Assembly (NCBI GenBank): GCA_963775555.1
Contig: CAVZJJ010000004.1
Span: 408,420 to 472,419 of the forward strand
Direction of reading: 5' to 3'
Source of the DNA: an uncultured Bacteroidota bacterium
GTDB taxonomy: Bacteria; Bacteroidota; Bacteroidia; AKYH767-A; 2013-40CM-41-45
DNA length: 64,000 nt
Positions within the stretch are counted from its first letter, which is position 1. Every line of letters begins with the position of its first letter. Positions 9,947 to 21,724 of the stretch are shown in pieces. Under the pieces are notes generated by a model that saw nothing but the letters and a program-made list of their open reading frames with translations, made no database searches and was not told where the DNA came from. Position numbers and translations under genes: made by a program.

Positions 9947-9954
9947 TAGTTTTG
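9947..9954 (+). promoter_or_regulatory. -7 box TAGTTTTG
   Basis: TAnnTTTG match 25 nt upstream of the ATG at 9979. Confidence 0.4.
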
Positions 9955-9978
9955 CACCAGAATTAATTTATAGAAGGT

Positions 9979-11136
9979 ATGTCAAAAATTCTGATCATCG
10001 ATGATGAAAAGCCAATCCGCAATACCCTGCGTGATATTTTGCAATATGAGAAGTTTGAGGTGATAGAGGCGGCAGATGGACTGGAAGGGATTCGATTGGC
10101 AAGTGAGGAAAAGCCGGACCTGGTATTGTGCGATATCAAAATGCCGAAAATGGATGGGATGGAAGTCTTGTCTAAACTTCAGGAAATTGATCCTGATCTC
10201 CCTGTAGTGATGATTTCCGGCCATGGTACGATTGAAACAGCTGTTGAATCACTGAAGAAAGGTGCTTATGATTATATCTCCAAACCTCCGGATCTTAATC
10301 GCTTGCTGGTCACTGTGCGTAATGGCCTAGACCGGTCATCTCTCATTATTGAAACAAAGGTTCTCAAGAGAAAGGTGTACAAGACGCGTGAAATAATCGG
10401 GGAATCAGCTGCCATTCTGCATATAAAATCAATGATTGATAAAGTTGCCGCTACGGATGCCCGGGTCATGATAACCGGAAGCAATGGAACTGGAAAGGAA
10501 TTGGTGGCACGTTGGATCCATGAAAAGAGCAATCGTGCCGCTGGCACACTCGTAGAAGTAAATTGCGCAGCGATTCCTTCTGAATTGATCGAAAGCGAGC
10601 TGTTCGGACATGAGAAAGGTGCATTTACTTCAGCTATTAAACAACGCATCGGTAAATTTGAATTGTCAAAAGAAGGTACTTTGTTCATGGATGAGATTGG
10701 TGACATGAGTTTATCTGCACAATCGAAGGTCTTGCGGGCATTGCAGGAAAATAAGATAACCCGGGTAGGAGGGGAGAAAGAAATTGTTGTCAATCCCCGT
10801 GTCATTTGTGCAACTAATAAAGATTTAAAGGCAGAGATAGAGAAAGGAAATTTCCGGGAGGATTTGTATCATCGATTGAGTGTAATTGTGATTCATGTTC
10901 CATCCTTGAATGAACGCAAGGAAGATATTCCCCTATTGGCTGAACACTTCATACGTGAAATTTGTGAAGATTACGGGATGCCTGTCAAGCAGTTTTCGCC
11001 GGAAGCAATACGTGAACTAAAAAATATGAACTGGACCGGTAACATCCGTGAATTACATAATGTTGTTGAGCGCTTGGTTATTTTATGTGATAAAAAAATT
11101 ACGGATAAGGACATAAAGACTTTTGCAGCAAAGTAA
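9979..11136 (+). CDS. sigma-54-dependent response regulator (receiver + AAA+), no C-terminal HTH
   Basis: Receiver domain with DLVLCDIKMPKMDG. AAA+ Walker A GSNGTGKE. The ESELFGHEKGAFTSA motif is the GAFTGA sigma-54 contact loop. The protein ends about 20 aa after the NIRELHNVVERL helix. Confidence 0.85.
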   Translation: MSKILIIDDEKPIRNTLRDILQYEKFEVIEAADGLEGIRLASEEKPDLVLCDIKMPKMDGMEVLSKLQEIDPDLPVVMISGHGTIETAVESLKKGAYDYISKPPDLNRLLVTVRNGLDRSSLIIETKVLKRKVYKTREIIGESAAILHIKSMIDKVAATDARVMITGSNGTGKELVARWIHEKSNRAAGTLVEVNCAAIPSELIESELFGHEKGAFTSAIKQRIGKFELSKEGTLFMDEIGDMSLSAQSKVLRALQENKITRVGGEKEIVVNPRVICATNKDLKAEIEKGNFREDLYHRLSVIVIHVPSLNERKEDIPLLAEHFIREICEDYGMPVKQFSPEAIRELKNMNWTGNIRELHNVVERLVILCDKKITDKDIKTFAAK

Positions 11137-11228
11137 TTTAGGGAATTGTATATATTTAGTAAAAGTGTATATCCATTTTTAAAGGAAACTTCTAGAAAAT
11201 AATTCTAATTATTAAATCGTTGAATGCC

Positions 11229-12137
11229 ATGCCTCCAAAAATTAAAACTATCCGTCGTTTTAACCAGCGTTATAAAAGTTTCAGTTTTTCAGAATTGATG
11301 ACAAAAGCAGATGAAGAGTATCTGGAAGCCACGGTAGAAATGGATGAGAATGGAAATGTACTTTCGGAATCCAAATTTGACCATATAGGGGAGTTGGAAG
11401 AACGGAATTCTTTGAGCTATTCACCGGAAGGGAAACTACTTGAGCACACTTTGTTATTCGCGATGGAAGATGTTACCGAAAAGCGCAGTCTTGTTCGTGA
11501 TGAGAAAGGAAAGCTTCTCGAAGAAGTAAAGTATTATGGTGATGACTCCGGAGAGCGGACCACTTATGAATATAATGAGAAGGATCTGCTCACTGCCATT
11601 GTGGAGTATGATGAGGAAGGTGGCTTTGTATCCAGGGAGGTTATTGGGTATGATGCGGAGGGAAGCATGATAGAAAGAGTTAAAACAGATGAATCCGGAA
11701 ATTTAATGGATCGTATGGTTTTTGAAAAAGCCGAAGATTCAAAAGTACTGCAGGAAAAAGAGTTTAATCCGGATGGTACATTGAAAAGCACCACGGTCAT
11801 TACTTTCAACGAGACAGGAAAGGAGATTTCATCCTATCAGCGCACTCCGGATGGTAAGTTGATTACCGGTGTGCTTACTACTTATGACGATAAAGGAAAT
11901 GTTATAGAACGGAATTACAAGGATTTTTATTCCAAGGTGGTGAAGTATGAATACGATGAGGAGAATCGTCTTATCACCCAGGAGTTATTTGACGGAAGTG
12001 GCTTACTCCTTCGGAAAAACATGTATGAATACGACGAGGCGGGTAATCTTTTAACTGAGCAGACATTCGAAATTGACAGTTCGCGTGGAGGAAAAGAAAA
12101 GCATTTTGGTACACGCTACGAGTATGAATTCTTTTAA
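11229..12137 (+). CDS. cytoplasmic YD/RHS-like repeat protein
   Basis: About ten repeats of roughly 25 aa, such as YEYDEENRLITQE, YEYDEAGNLLTEQ, YDDKGNVIERN and YDAEGSMIERV. No signal peptide or TM segment. First ATG at 11229. Confidence 0.65.
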   Translation: MPPKIKTIRRFNQRYKSFSFSELMTKADEEYLEATVEMDENGNVLSESKFDHIGELEERNSLSYSPEGKLLEHTLLFAMEDVTEKRSLVRDEKGKLLEEVKYYGDDSGERTTYEYNEKDLLTAIVEYDEEGGFVSREVIGYDAEGSMIERVKTDESGNLMDRMVFEKAEDSKVLQEKEFNPDGTLKSTTVITFNETGKEISSYQRTPDGKLITGVLTTYDDKGNVIERNYKDFYSKVVKYEYDEENRLITQELFDGSGLLLRKNMYEYDEAGNLLTEQTFEIDSSRGGKEKHFGTRYEYEFF

Positions 12138-12188
12138 CCTTTCGATTTTATTTACTGATTTTTAACCTTTGTGGTTTTATTTTGTGGT

Positions 12189-13565
12189 TTACTGCACCTC
12201 AAGGGGTTCTACATATTCACCTTCCCATTTAGCAATAACTACGGTTGCCAGACAGTTGCCGATCACATTAACAGAGGTCCGTGCCATATCCATCAACTCG
12301 TCTATTCCAAGGATAATAAAAATGGGCTCTACCGGCAGGCCAAAGCTGGCTGCTGTACCTAACAGAATTACTAAGGATGCACGAGGCACTCCTGCAACTC
12401 CTTTGCTGGTGATCATGAGCGTGAGCACCATAATAATTTGCTCTTTCCAACCCATGTGAATTCCTGCGGCTTGTGCTACGAAGATGGAGGCTAGTGATAA
12501 ATACAAGGTGGTGCCGTCCAGGTTGAAACTATATCCAGTAGGTAAGACAAAAGCGACAATTTTTCTGGGTACCCCCATTTTTTCCATATTCTCCATGGCT
12601 TTTGGAAGTGCCGCTTCAGAACTTGTTGTTGCAAAGGCGATGGATACAGGTTCTATGATGGCATTGATGAATTTTTTCAAGGGTACTTTTGCAACCAGCG
12701 CTACCGGAAGTAATACAAATAGCAGAAAGAAGATAAGTGCACCGTAAAGGGTGGCAAGGAGTTGAAATAAATTCATCAGAATACCGATTCCCATATGGCT
12801 GACGGTATAAGCGATTGCAGCGCCCACGCCAATGGGAGCGAAGTACATCACAATACGGGTAAATTTAAACATCACTTCAGCAAGACTTTCAGCAAAATCG
12901 AGCATTGGTTTGCGTTTGGTTTCACCAACCAGGGCAAGACCTATTGCAAAGAGGATACTGAATAAAACAATTTGAAGTACCTGTCCATCGGCAATTGACT
13001 TGGCGATATTTTCCGGAAATATGTGAAGAATGACATCTTCCGCACTTTGTTTTTGAGCAAGCAAGGTTTCCTGGTGAGCCGCTGATGGAGGCAATTCGAT
13101 GCCAACTCCAGCTTGTGATATATTTATCGCCAATAAGCCAATAAAAAGCGCAAAGGTGGTGACGACTTCAAAGTAGAGCAATGATTTCAGTCCCATTCTT
13201 CCAACTTGCTTCAGATTGGCATGTCCTGCTATGCCAACAACAAGGGTGGAAAAAAGAAGGGGGGCAATGATGGTTTTTATCAGGCGCAGGAAAATTTTAC
13301 TGAAAAGTTGCAGATGAATGGCGAATTCAGGAATGTCATATCCGATTTCTGTGCCAATAAACATGCTGTAAAGGATCCATGCGGTGAGTGTGTTTTTTTT
13401 AAACACCAGGTATCCAAAAATGAGCAGCACAAAAATCCGGAGTGGTATAACGATCGGAGTGCCGATACCCAGCCAGTTGCTTTCTTGCGCAAGCATGAGC
13501 AGACCATAGCTCGTCAGGATACTTAAATAAACTAGTGAAAGTTTTCCTTTGTTCAGTACAGGCAT
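12189..13565 (-). CDS. dicarboxylate/amino acid:cation symporter (DAACS, GltP-like)
   Basis: 458-aa polytopic membrane protein with DAACS hallmarks (ATTSSEAALP, VLPTGYSFNLDGT, IDELMDMARTSVNVIGN). Confidence 0.85.
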   Translation of the reverse strand: MPVLNKGKLSLVYLSILTSYGLLMLAQESNWLGIGTPIVIPLRIFVLLIFGYLVFKKNTLTAWILYSMFIGTEIGYDIPEFAIHLQLFSKIFLRLIKTIIAPLLFSTLVVGIAGHANLKQVGRMGLKSLLYFEVVTTFALFIGLLAINISQAGVGIELPPSAAHQETLLAQKQSAEDVILHIFPENIAKSIADGQVLQIVLFSILFAIGLALVGETKRKPMLDFAESLAEVMFKFTRIVMYFAPIGVGAAIAYTVSHMGIGILMNLFQLLATLYGALIFFLLFVLLPVALVAKVPLKKFINAIIEPVSIAFATTSSEAALPKAMENMEKMGVPRKIVAFVLPTGYSFNLDGTTLYLSLASIFVAQAAGIHMGWKEQIIMVLTLMITSKGVAGVPRASLVILLGTAASFGLPVEPIFIILGIDELMDMARTSVNVIGNCLATVVIAKWEGEYVEPLEVQ

Positions 13566-13796
13566 ATATTACAGGCTGGATGTTGGTCTTCGGAATGTAG
13601 ATTTTGAAATAATTTTTAAGTATAATTTCAAATGAATTCTTCAGTGTAATGCCGGTTATATACCGGACATTTGCCTGTAAATATATCATTTAATACAGGT
13701 AAAAGAGAAATTTGGTGACATACCACCATAAGAACCGGTAAATTTTTCCAAAGGGAAAATGCCTGTGTATAAAAAAGTATAGGAACCGAATCCAGA

Positions 13797-13830
13797 TAAA
13801 AAAAACAGCCCGGTGAATTTGCCGGGCTGT
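13797..13830 (-). terminator. rho-independent terminator of the sulfur operon
   Basis: 9-bp stem ACAGCCCGG/CCGGGCTGT (13805-13830), followed on the minus strand by a T-run (the A-run 13798-13805 on plus). Confidence 0.75.
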
Positions 13831-13853
13831 TTCATTGAATTTGTTGAACTGAC

Positions 13854-14171
13854 TTACTTACGCAGTTTTGACTGAAGATTCATCCAGCCACCCCCATTAT
13901 GTACCTGATCGAAACCATTAGACTTCAAAAGACTTTTGGCAGAAGCACTTCTCATTCCTGAAGCGCAGCATGTAATCACCGGTTTTTCTTTTTTAATTTT
14001 CGAATAATGGTTGGATAAATTGTTCAGGGGAATGTTGATCGATCCTTTAATGTGTCCTTGTTGATATTCCGCTTTAGTGCGTACATCTACAATAGTCGCT
14101 CCCTCCTGCAATAAGCTGGAGAAATCTACTTCCGGGCCCAGCCCGAACATTTTTTTAATGAATTGTATCAT
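13854..14171 (-). CDS. rhodanese-like sulfurtransferase domain protein
   Basis: 105 aa. Active-site loop CCASGMRS in a single rhodanese fold (VDVRTKAEYQQGHIKGSINIP). Confidence 0.85.
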   Translation of the reverse strand: MIQFIKKMFGLGPEVDFSSLLQEGATIVDVRTKAEYQQGHIKGSINIPLNNLSNHYSKIKKEKPVITCCASGMRSASAKSLLKSNGFDQVHNGGGWMNLQSKLRK

Positions 14172-14183
14172 CGTATTTAGTTC

Positions 14184-14441
14184 TTAACTATGAATTGAAT
14201 AATTTACATCCATCCAGCTTCCACCGTTTTCACAATCGATGCCATGGTGTTTTAAAAATGCGGTAGCCTGCCCGCTTCTGCCACCACTTGCGCAGCACAA
14301 AATGAGCGGTGACTGGAATTCCTTTAATTCATTCAGTCGGTCCTGAATTTCGTGCAATGGAATGTTGATTGAACCTTGAACATTTCCTCCCATGAATTCC
14401 TCAGGGGTCCTTACATCAATAATGGTTTTTTTTGTTGTCAT
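14184..14441 (-). CDS. rhodanese-like sulfurtransferase domain protein
   Basis: 85 aa. Motifs IIDVRTPEEFMGGNVQGSINIP and active-site loop CCASGGRS. Confidence 0.85.
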   Translation of the reverse strand: MTTKKTIIDVRTPEEFMGGNVQGSINIPLHEIQDRLNELKEFQSPLILCCASGGRSGQATAFLKHHGIDCENGGSWMDVNYSIHS

Positions 14442-14664
14442 TTTTTTGTTGGTTTTTTTTGTTATCGGAGTTAATAGTATCTTTTTTAATTAAATTGAAT
14501 AACAAGCCCCCCATGACAGCGCCATACAAGGTGCTGTTAACCGGTTTTGAGGTGATGGCACAAGTGCCATTTGCACAACCGACGAAATAGTAGTAAAGGT
14601 AACCGCCTAAGGCCCCGGCCAGGATACCGAAGAGCAGTAAGCGGTTTGATGTGATAAATTTCAT
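14416..14664 (-). CDS. small two-TM membrane protein with CxxxxC motif (resembles DUF6132-type proteins)
   Basis: Two hydrophobic helices flank GCANGTCAITS, followed by a Lys/Asn-rich tail. The 3' end overlaps the next rhodanese start by 26 nt. Confidence 0.6.
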   Translation of the reverse strand: MKFITSNRLLLFGILAGALGGYLYYYFVGCANGTCAITSKPVNSTLYGAVMGGLLFNLIKKDTINSDNKKNQQKNDNKKNHY

Positions 14665-14762
14665 GGTGATATATTATGTTTTAATCTGAGCCCTAATTGA
14701 TGGAGCAGGTGTGGATGAATTTATTGAGTCGTGAAAATGATTTTATACCTATTCCTCGTGAA

Positions 14763-16127
14763 TCAGCTTAATACAGGTTGAAAGGATTTAACGGCTTCGC
14801 TCAGGTCATAAACTTCAGAAACATCCTTTAGCGTTGAGATTATGATACTGCTTCCTGCAGCGCTCCTGTACCCCCCTGCACAATGAACTACGATAGGTTT
14901 GTTCAGCGGAATTTCATGGGCTCGCTCCCTGAGTTCATACAAGGGTATGTGTATTGCATGTGCAAACAAGGGTTTTGTATTTGTTTCTGAATGATTCCGG
15001 ATATCGATGATAGTAAATGCATTCTCGTCTTCCCTCAGTAAATCGCTATTAAAAAATTTCATTTCGGCGTTTCCGAAATCGAGTGTGAATGCCAATTCAA
15101 TTTGATTTTCATATCCGATCTTTGCTGTTCTCTTGATTAATTCATCCATTACAGTTTCGTTTTCCGCAATCAAATAGAATTTCTCTCCGGGATGAACAAT
15201 ACTTCCCAGCCAAGTTTCGAAGCGGGTATCATTCATCAGGTTGATGGAATTCTTCAGGTGTGATTTTTTAAATTGAGTTTCCGGTCTTGTGTCAATAATC
15301 GTAATACCGGGTTGAAGTGTGTTTGCACATTTTTCACAAGTGATCGGCTCTCTTTTTTCAACTTTAGAAATACTTTCTGAGTAATTTTCGGCTCCTTTTT
15401 TATTTACGCCAACATCGTATGGAAAATATTTAGGGATGAAAGGCTGATCGGCCAGAAGTTCTTTTATAAAATCGGTTTCACTCATGTTTTGCAGACTCCA
15501 GTTGCCTATTTTTTCCGCGCCAATTGTACTTGAGTTTTGTGCACTCAATCCTTTACCACACAAACTTCCTGCTCCATGCGCAGGATACACCAGTACATCA
15601 GAAGGTAAAGTCATCAATTTGTTGCGCAATGAATGATACATCATGCGGGCTAAGTCTTCCCGTGCGGCTGTGATGGCACCTGCTTGTTCTCTCAAGTCGG
15701 GTCTGCCGCAATCTCCAATAAATAATGTATCACCTGTAAATACCGCATGTTCTATTCCGGTTTCGTCGATTGCAACAATACTGATGCTATCGGGGGAATG
15801 TCCGGGGGTGTTGAGTGATTTCAAAGAGATATGTCCAAGAACCAGAGCATCCCCGTCATCAAAGGTCTGATGTGGATATTCGGCACCTAACAGTTTGCTT
15901 ACATATATGGTTGCACCGGTAGTCTTACTGATTTCAAAGTGACTGCTCACGAAATCAGCATGCGGATGTGTTTCAATTACCGAGGTGATTTTCGCCTGGT
16001 GCTGTTTTGCAAACGAATAGTAAGGCTCAGGGTCACGGGCGGGGTCGATCAGGGCAATTTCATTATTGCTCATAATCGCATAGCTGTAGTGCGATAAATT
16101 TTTGTCTTCGAATTGCTTAATTACCAT
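14763..16127 (-). CDS. MBL-fold persulfide dioxygenase-like hydrolase fused to two rhodanese domains
   Basis: Metallo-beta-lactamase motif ETHPHADF near the N-terminus. Two C-terminal rhodanese modules, the last with active-site loop HCAGGYRSA. Confidence 0.85.
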   Translation of the reverse strand: MVIKQFEDKNLSHYSYAIMSNNEIALIDPARDPEPYYSFAKQHQAKITSVIETHPHADFVSSHFEISKTTGATIYVSKLLGAEYPHQTFDDGDALVLGHISLKSLNTPGHSPDSISIVAIDETGIEHAVFTGDTLFIGDCGRPDLREQAGAITAAREDLARMMYHSLRNKLMTLPSDVLVYPAHGAGSLCGKGLSAQNSSTIGAEKIGNWSLQNMSETDFIKELLADQPFIPKYFPYDVGVNKKGAENYSESISKVEKREPITCEKCANTLQPGITIIDTRPETQFKKSHLKNSINLMNDTRFETWLGSIVHPGEKFYLIAENETVMDELIKRTAKIGYENQIELAFTLDFGNAEMKFFNSDLLREDENAFTIIDIRNHSETNTKPLFAHAIHIPLYELRERAHEIPLNKPIVVHCAGGYRSAAGSSIIISTLKDVSEVYDLSEAVKSFQPVLS

Positions 16128-16153
16128 AATTATTGTTTTCTAAATGACGTGTG

Positions 16154-16161
16154 CAAAATTA
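16154..16161 (-). promoter_or_regulatory. -7 box TAATTTTG (minus strand) in front of the dioxygenase gene
   Basis: The reverse complement of CAAAATTA is TAATTTTG, 27 nt upstream of the ATG at 16127. Confidence 0.35.
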
Positions 16162-16212
16162 GCCTGGTTCTTCTTCTTGTACAGTTACAAAAGTTACAGA
16201 AGCTCCGATAAA

Positions 16213-16584
16213 TCATGTTTTTTCAAAAAACCACATTTTAACGGCAATTCCTACCAGAATCAGGGCGAAGGTTTTTTTCATAATCTCCTGGGGAACCTGA
16301 GTAGCAAAACGAGCGCCGAAATATCCCCCTACAAAGAAGAAAATGGCCATGATGAATGCCACCTTCAAGTCCACAAATCCCTTTTGATAGTATTGAAAGG
16401 CAGCGAGGGCACCTACCGGGAGAACCATCATGATTAAGGCTGTACCCTGGGCCATTTGTTGGGAATAGCCCATCAGGAATACCAAAGCGGGAATAATGAT
16501 AATAGCCCCACCTAATCCTAACATGCCTCCCAGCAATCCTGCTACAATACCAATTGCTGCAACTAAGAAGAAATTCAGATCCAT
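16213..16584 (-). CDS. TauE/SafE-family anion exporter, half-length (4 TM)
   Basis: 123 aa, Gly-rich TM helices (GLLGGMLGLGGAIIIIPALVFL) typical of TauE/SafE. It has only one of the usual two repeats. Confidence 0.7.
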   Translation of the reverse strand: MDLNFFLVAAIGIVAGLLGGMLGLGGAIIIIPALVFLMGYSQQMAQGTALIMMVLPVGALAAFQYYQKGFVDLKVAFIMAIFFFVGGYFGARFATQVPQEIMKKTFALILVGIAVKMWFFEKT

Positions 16585-16657
16585 CTCTTTGATTTATTTA
16601 CGTGATTATTACGCAGGCAAAGATCAAACTTTAAAGACGGCGGTACTGTTACCAGTG

Positions 16658-17281
16658 TTACACAAGCGTAATTTTATTTCTCCCCAGTACTACCAGGTTT
16701 TCGTCTTCCATTTGTTTAAGCAGACGGGACACTACCACTCGTGCCGTACCTAGTTCATTTGCAATTTGTTCGTGGGTGATATAAAGCGTGTGACTTTTAG
16801 TTAATTCGCATTTTTTCTTGATAAATCCAAGTAGTCTTTCATCCATTTTTTTAAATGCGACTGCATTCACAACTTCTAAAAGTTCTTCAAAACGTTTATG
16901 ATATAAGCGAAAGATATAATCCAGCCATTCAGGAAATTCGCTGATGAGTAAATTTACTTTGTCGATCGGAATAAAAAAAATCTCTGTTTCTTCTTCTGCA
17001 ATCACTTTTACTTTACTGGTGTCATGATGCAATCCACCTAAAAAAGACATGATACAACTTTCGCCGGCTTTGATATAGTAGAGCAGAATTTCCCGGCCGT
17101 CTTCGTCGGTTCTCATTACCTTAATACTACCTCGCGTTACGATTGGAATGGCTTTGATGTAGGCATTTTCATTGAGAATGATTTGCCCTTCAGAAAATGT
17201 CTTGGCCGTTCCATAGGCATAGAGACGTTCTTTGATTTTAGGAGAGGACTTGAACTCAATAATATTATCCAGTACTTCCAT
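16658..17281 (-). CDS. Crp/Fnr family transcriptional regulator
   Basis: N-terminal cNMP-binding beta-barrel and C-terminal HTH (THEQIANELGTARVVVSRLLKQ). Confidence 0.85.
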   Translation of the reverse strand: MEVLDNIIEFKSSPKIKERLYAYGTAKTFSEGQIILNENAYIKAIPIVTRGSIKVMRTDEDGREILLYYIKAGESCIMSFLGGLHHDTSKVKVIAEEETEIFFIPIDKVNLLISEFPEWLDYIFRLYHKRFEELLEVVNAVAFKKMDERLLGFIKKKCELTKSHTLYITHEQIANELGTARVVVSRLLKQMEDENLVVLGRNKITLV

Positions 17282-17390
17282 TTTTTGTTTCGGGCAATTG
17301 TCGTGTAAATTCTGTAAAATTTTGCTTATGAGATTGGGTTATAGTTCAATTCAAAATTCATTCAATTTGCATCTATAAATACAATATGCT

Positions 17391-20007
<2,617 letters not shown>

Positions 20008-20100
20008 ATCAATGCGATGGTTTGTATTGAAGCGCTTAAGCCGTATATTTGCAATTCAGCAATTTTGCGAAGATAATCAGGATTCAGGTAACCGCATAGC

Positions 20101-21074
20101 ATGCCGAAGGTAAAATATCACTTCAATACTCATACTCTTAAGTACGACAAAGTTGTCGTCAGCTGGAGAAAGCGCCTTTTCCGGGTTATGGGTTGGCTGG
20201 CAACAGCCGTCGTTTTTGGTGCAGTGATCATGCTTGTTTCTTATAATTTTTTCGATTCACCTAAAGGAAAAACGACTAAAACGGGCTTTGGAAGAGACCA
20301 CTTATCAGTTTGATTTATTAAAACAACGAACCGAGCAAGTGGAGCTGGTTCTGAATGATATTCAGGAAAGGGATAATACAATTTACCGGGTAATCTTTGA
20401 AGCAGAACCCATTCCCGGCATCCGTTCGTGAGGCAGGTTATGGGGGAGTGGATCGATACAATGCTCTGCGAAATATGTACAATTCGGATGTGATCGTTGA
20501 CATGACGAAAAGAGTTGACCGTTTGAGTAAGCAATTATATATCCAGTCTAAATCGTACGATGAGGTTTGGGACTTGTTAAAGAACAAGGCGAATATGCTT
20601 GCCTCTATTCCTGCAATCCAACCGGTTGCCAATAAAGATCTGAAGCATGTAGCTTCAGGTTATGGAATGCGGATGCATCCGATTTATAAGACTGTGAAAA
20701 TGCATACAGGGATGGATTTTACTGCTCCTGTTGGTACCGAGATCTATGCTACGGGAAACGGAACTGTTTCCAAAATTGAAATGAATGGACGGGGTTATGG
20801 ACATAATATCATTATCAATCATGGTTATGGCTATGAAACATTGTACGGTCACCTGAGCAGGATTGTTGTAAGGCTGGGACAAAAAGTAAAGCGCGGAGAT
20901 CTGATTGCTTATGTTGGAAATTCCGGCTCTTCCACCGGACCACATTTGCATTATGAAGTCCGTAAGCATGGAAACCCAATTAATCCTGTCAACTTCTATT
21001 ATAATGATCTTACACCGGAAGAATATGAAAAGGTGCTGGAAATATCTTCCATGCCGGGTCAGTCTTTCGATTAA
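20101..21074 (+). CDS. M23 family metallopeptidase, two frame breaks (about 20300 and 20420)
   Basis: N-terminal TM (WLATAVVFGAVIMLVSY), a coiled-coil segment, then the M23 core HTGMDFTAPVGTEIYA and GNSGSSTGPHLHYEV. Three overlapping fragments. Confidence 0.85.
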
Positions 21075-21194
21075 TTCATTATTTATTTAAATTTATTTAT
21101 CACCTTGGATGGTTTATAAATAGAAATACAGTCATCGGAATTTCAGTAAAATTTTAGTATATTCGTAAACAAGCATTGTTTTTAATTGATAGAT

Positions 21195-21654
21195 ATGCCT
21201 TACAAAGAGAAAGAAATCGAAAAGCTGTATTATAGCATTGGTGAAGTTGCTCAAATATTTGGAGTGAACACATCACATATCGATTTTGGTCAAAGGAGTT
21301 TGATGTGATCAAACCGGCGACAAATAAAAAAGGGAATCGTCTTTATACAATGAGTGATATCGAGAATTTTAAAAAAATATATCATCTGGTAAAAGAAAAA
21401 GGCTTTACATTAAAGGTGCAAAAGTCGAACTGAAAGAAAATAAGAATCGGTTAAAAGCAGAGAGTGAATATCCGGGAGTACATTTGATGTACTCCGCAGC
21501 TTGCATGATAATCCGGTGAGTATTCCTATGCCGGAACAAGAGCCTGTTTTCAGGATAACATGGTGAACAATATCATGATGCTAAATTCTCTGGAAAAAAT
21601 GAAAGGTTCACTTCTTGAAGTGAGAAGGATCTGATGCTGTTGGAAGAAAAGTAA
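21195..21654 (+). CDS. MerR-family HTH protein, several frame breaks
   Basis: MPYKEKEIEKLYYSIGEVAQIFGVNTSHI followed, out of frame, by DVIKPATNKKGNRLYTMSDIENFKKIYHLVKEKGFTL and LEKMKGSLLEVR. The 3' end is inferred. Confidence 0.6.
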
Positions 21655-21679
21655 TCGAAGGAAAATATTTATACTTTTT

Positions 21680-21710
21680 AATCCCGTCATGCTCATGGCG
21701 GGATTTTTTT
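21680..21710. terminator. bidirectional rho-independent terminator
   Basis: AATCCCG-N-CGGGATT stem with an A-rich stretch on the left and a T7 run on the right, between convergent genes. Confidence 0.7.
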
Positions 21711-21724
21711 GCAATCTAAAAAAA

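Noticed and set aside
10272-10805. 177-aa minus-strand ORF
   Set aside because: It lies entirely inside the AAA+ domain of the sigma-54 activator on the opposite strand and is an antisense artefact. The same applies to 1694-2107 inside murA and 12484-12747/13206-13526 inside the symporter gene.
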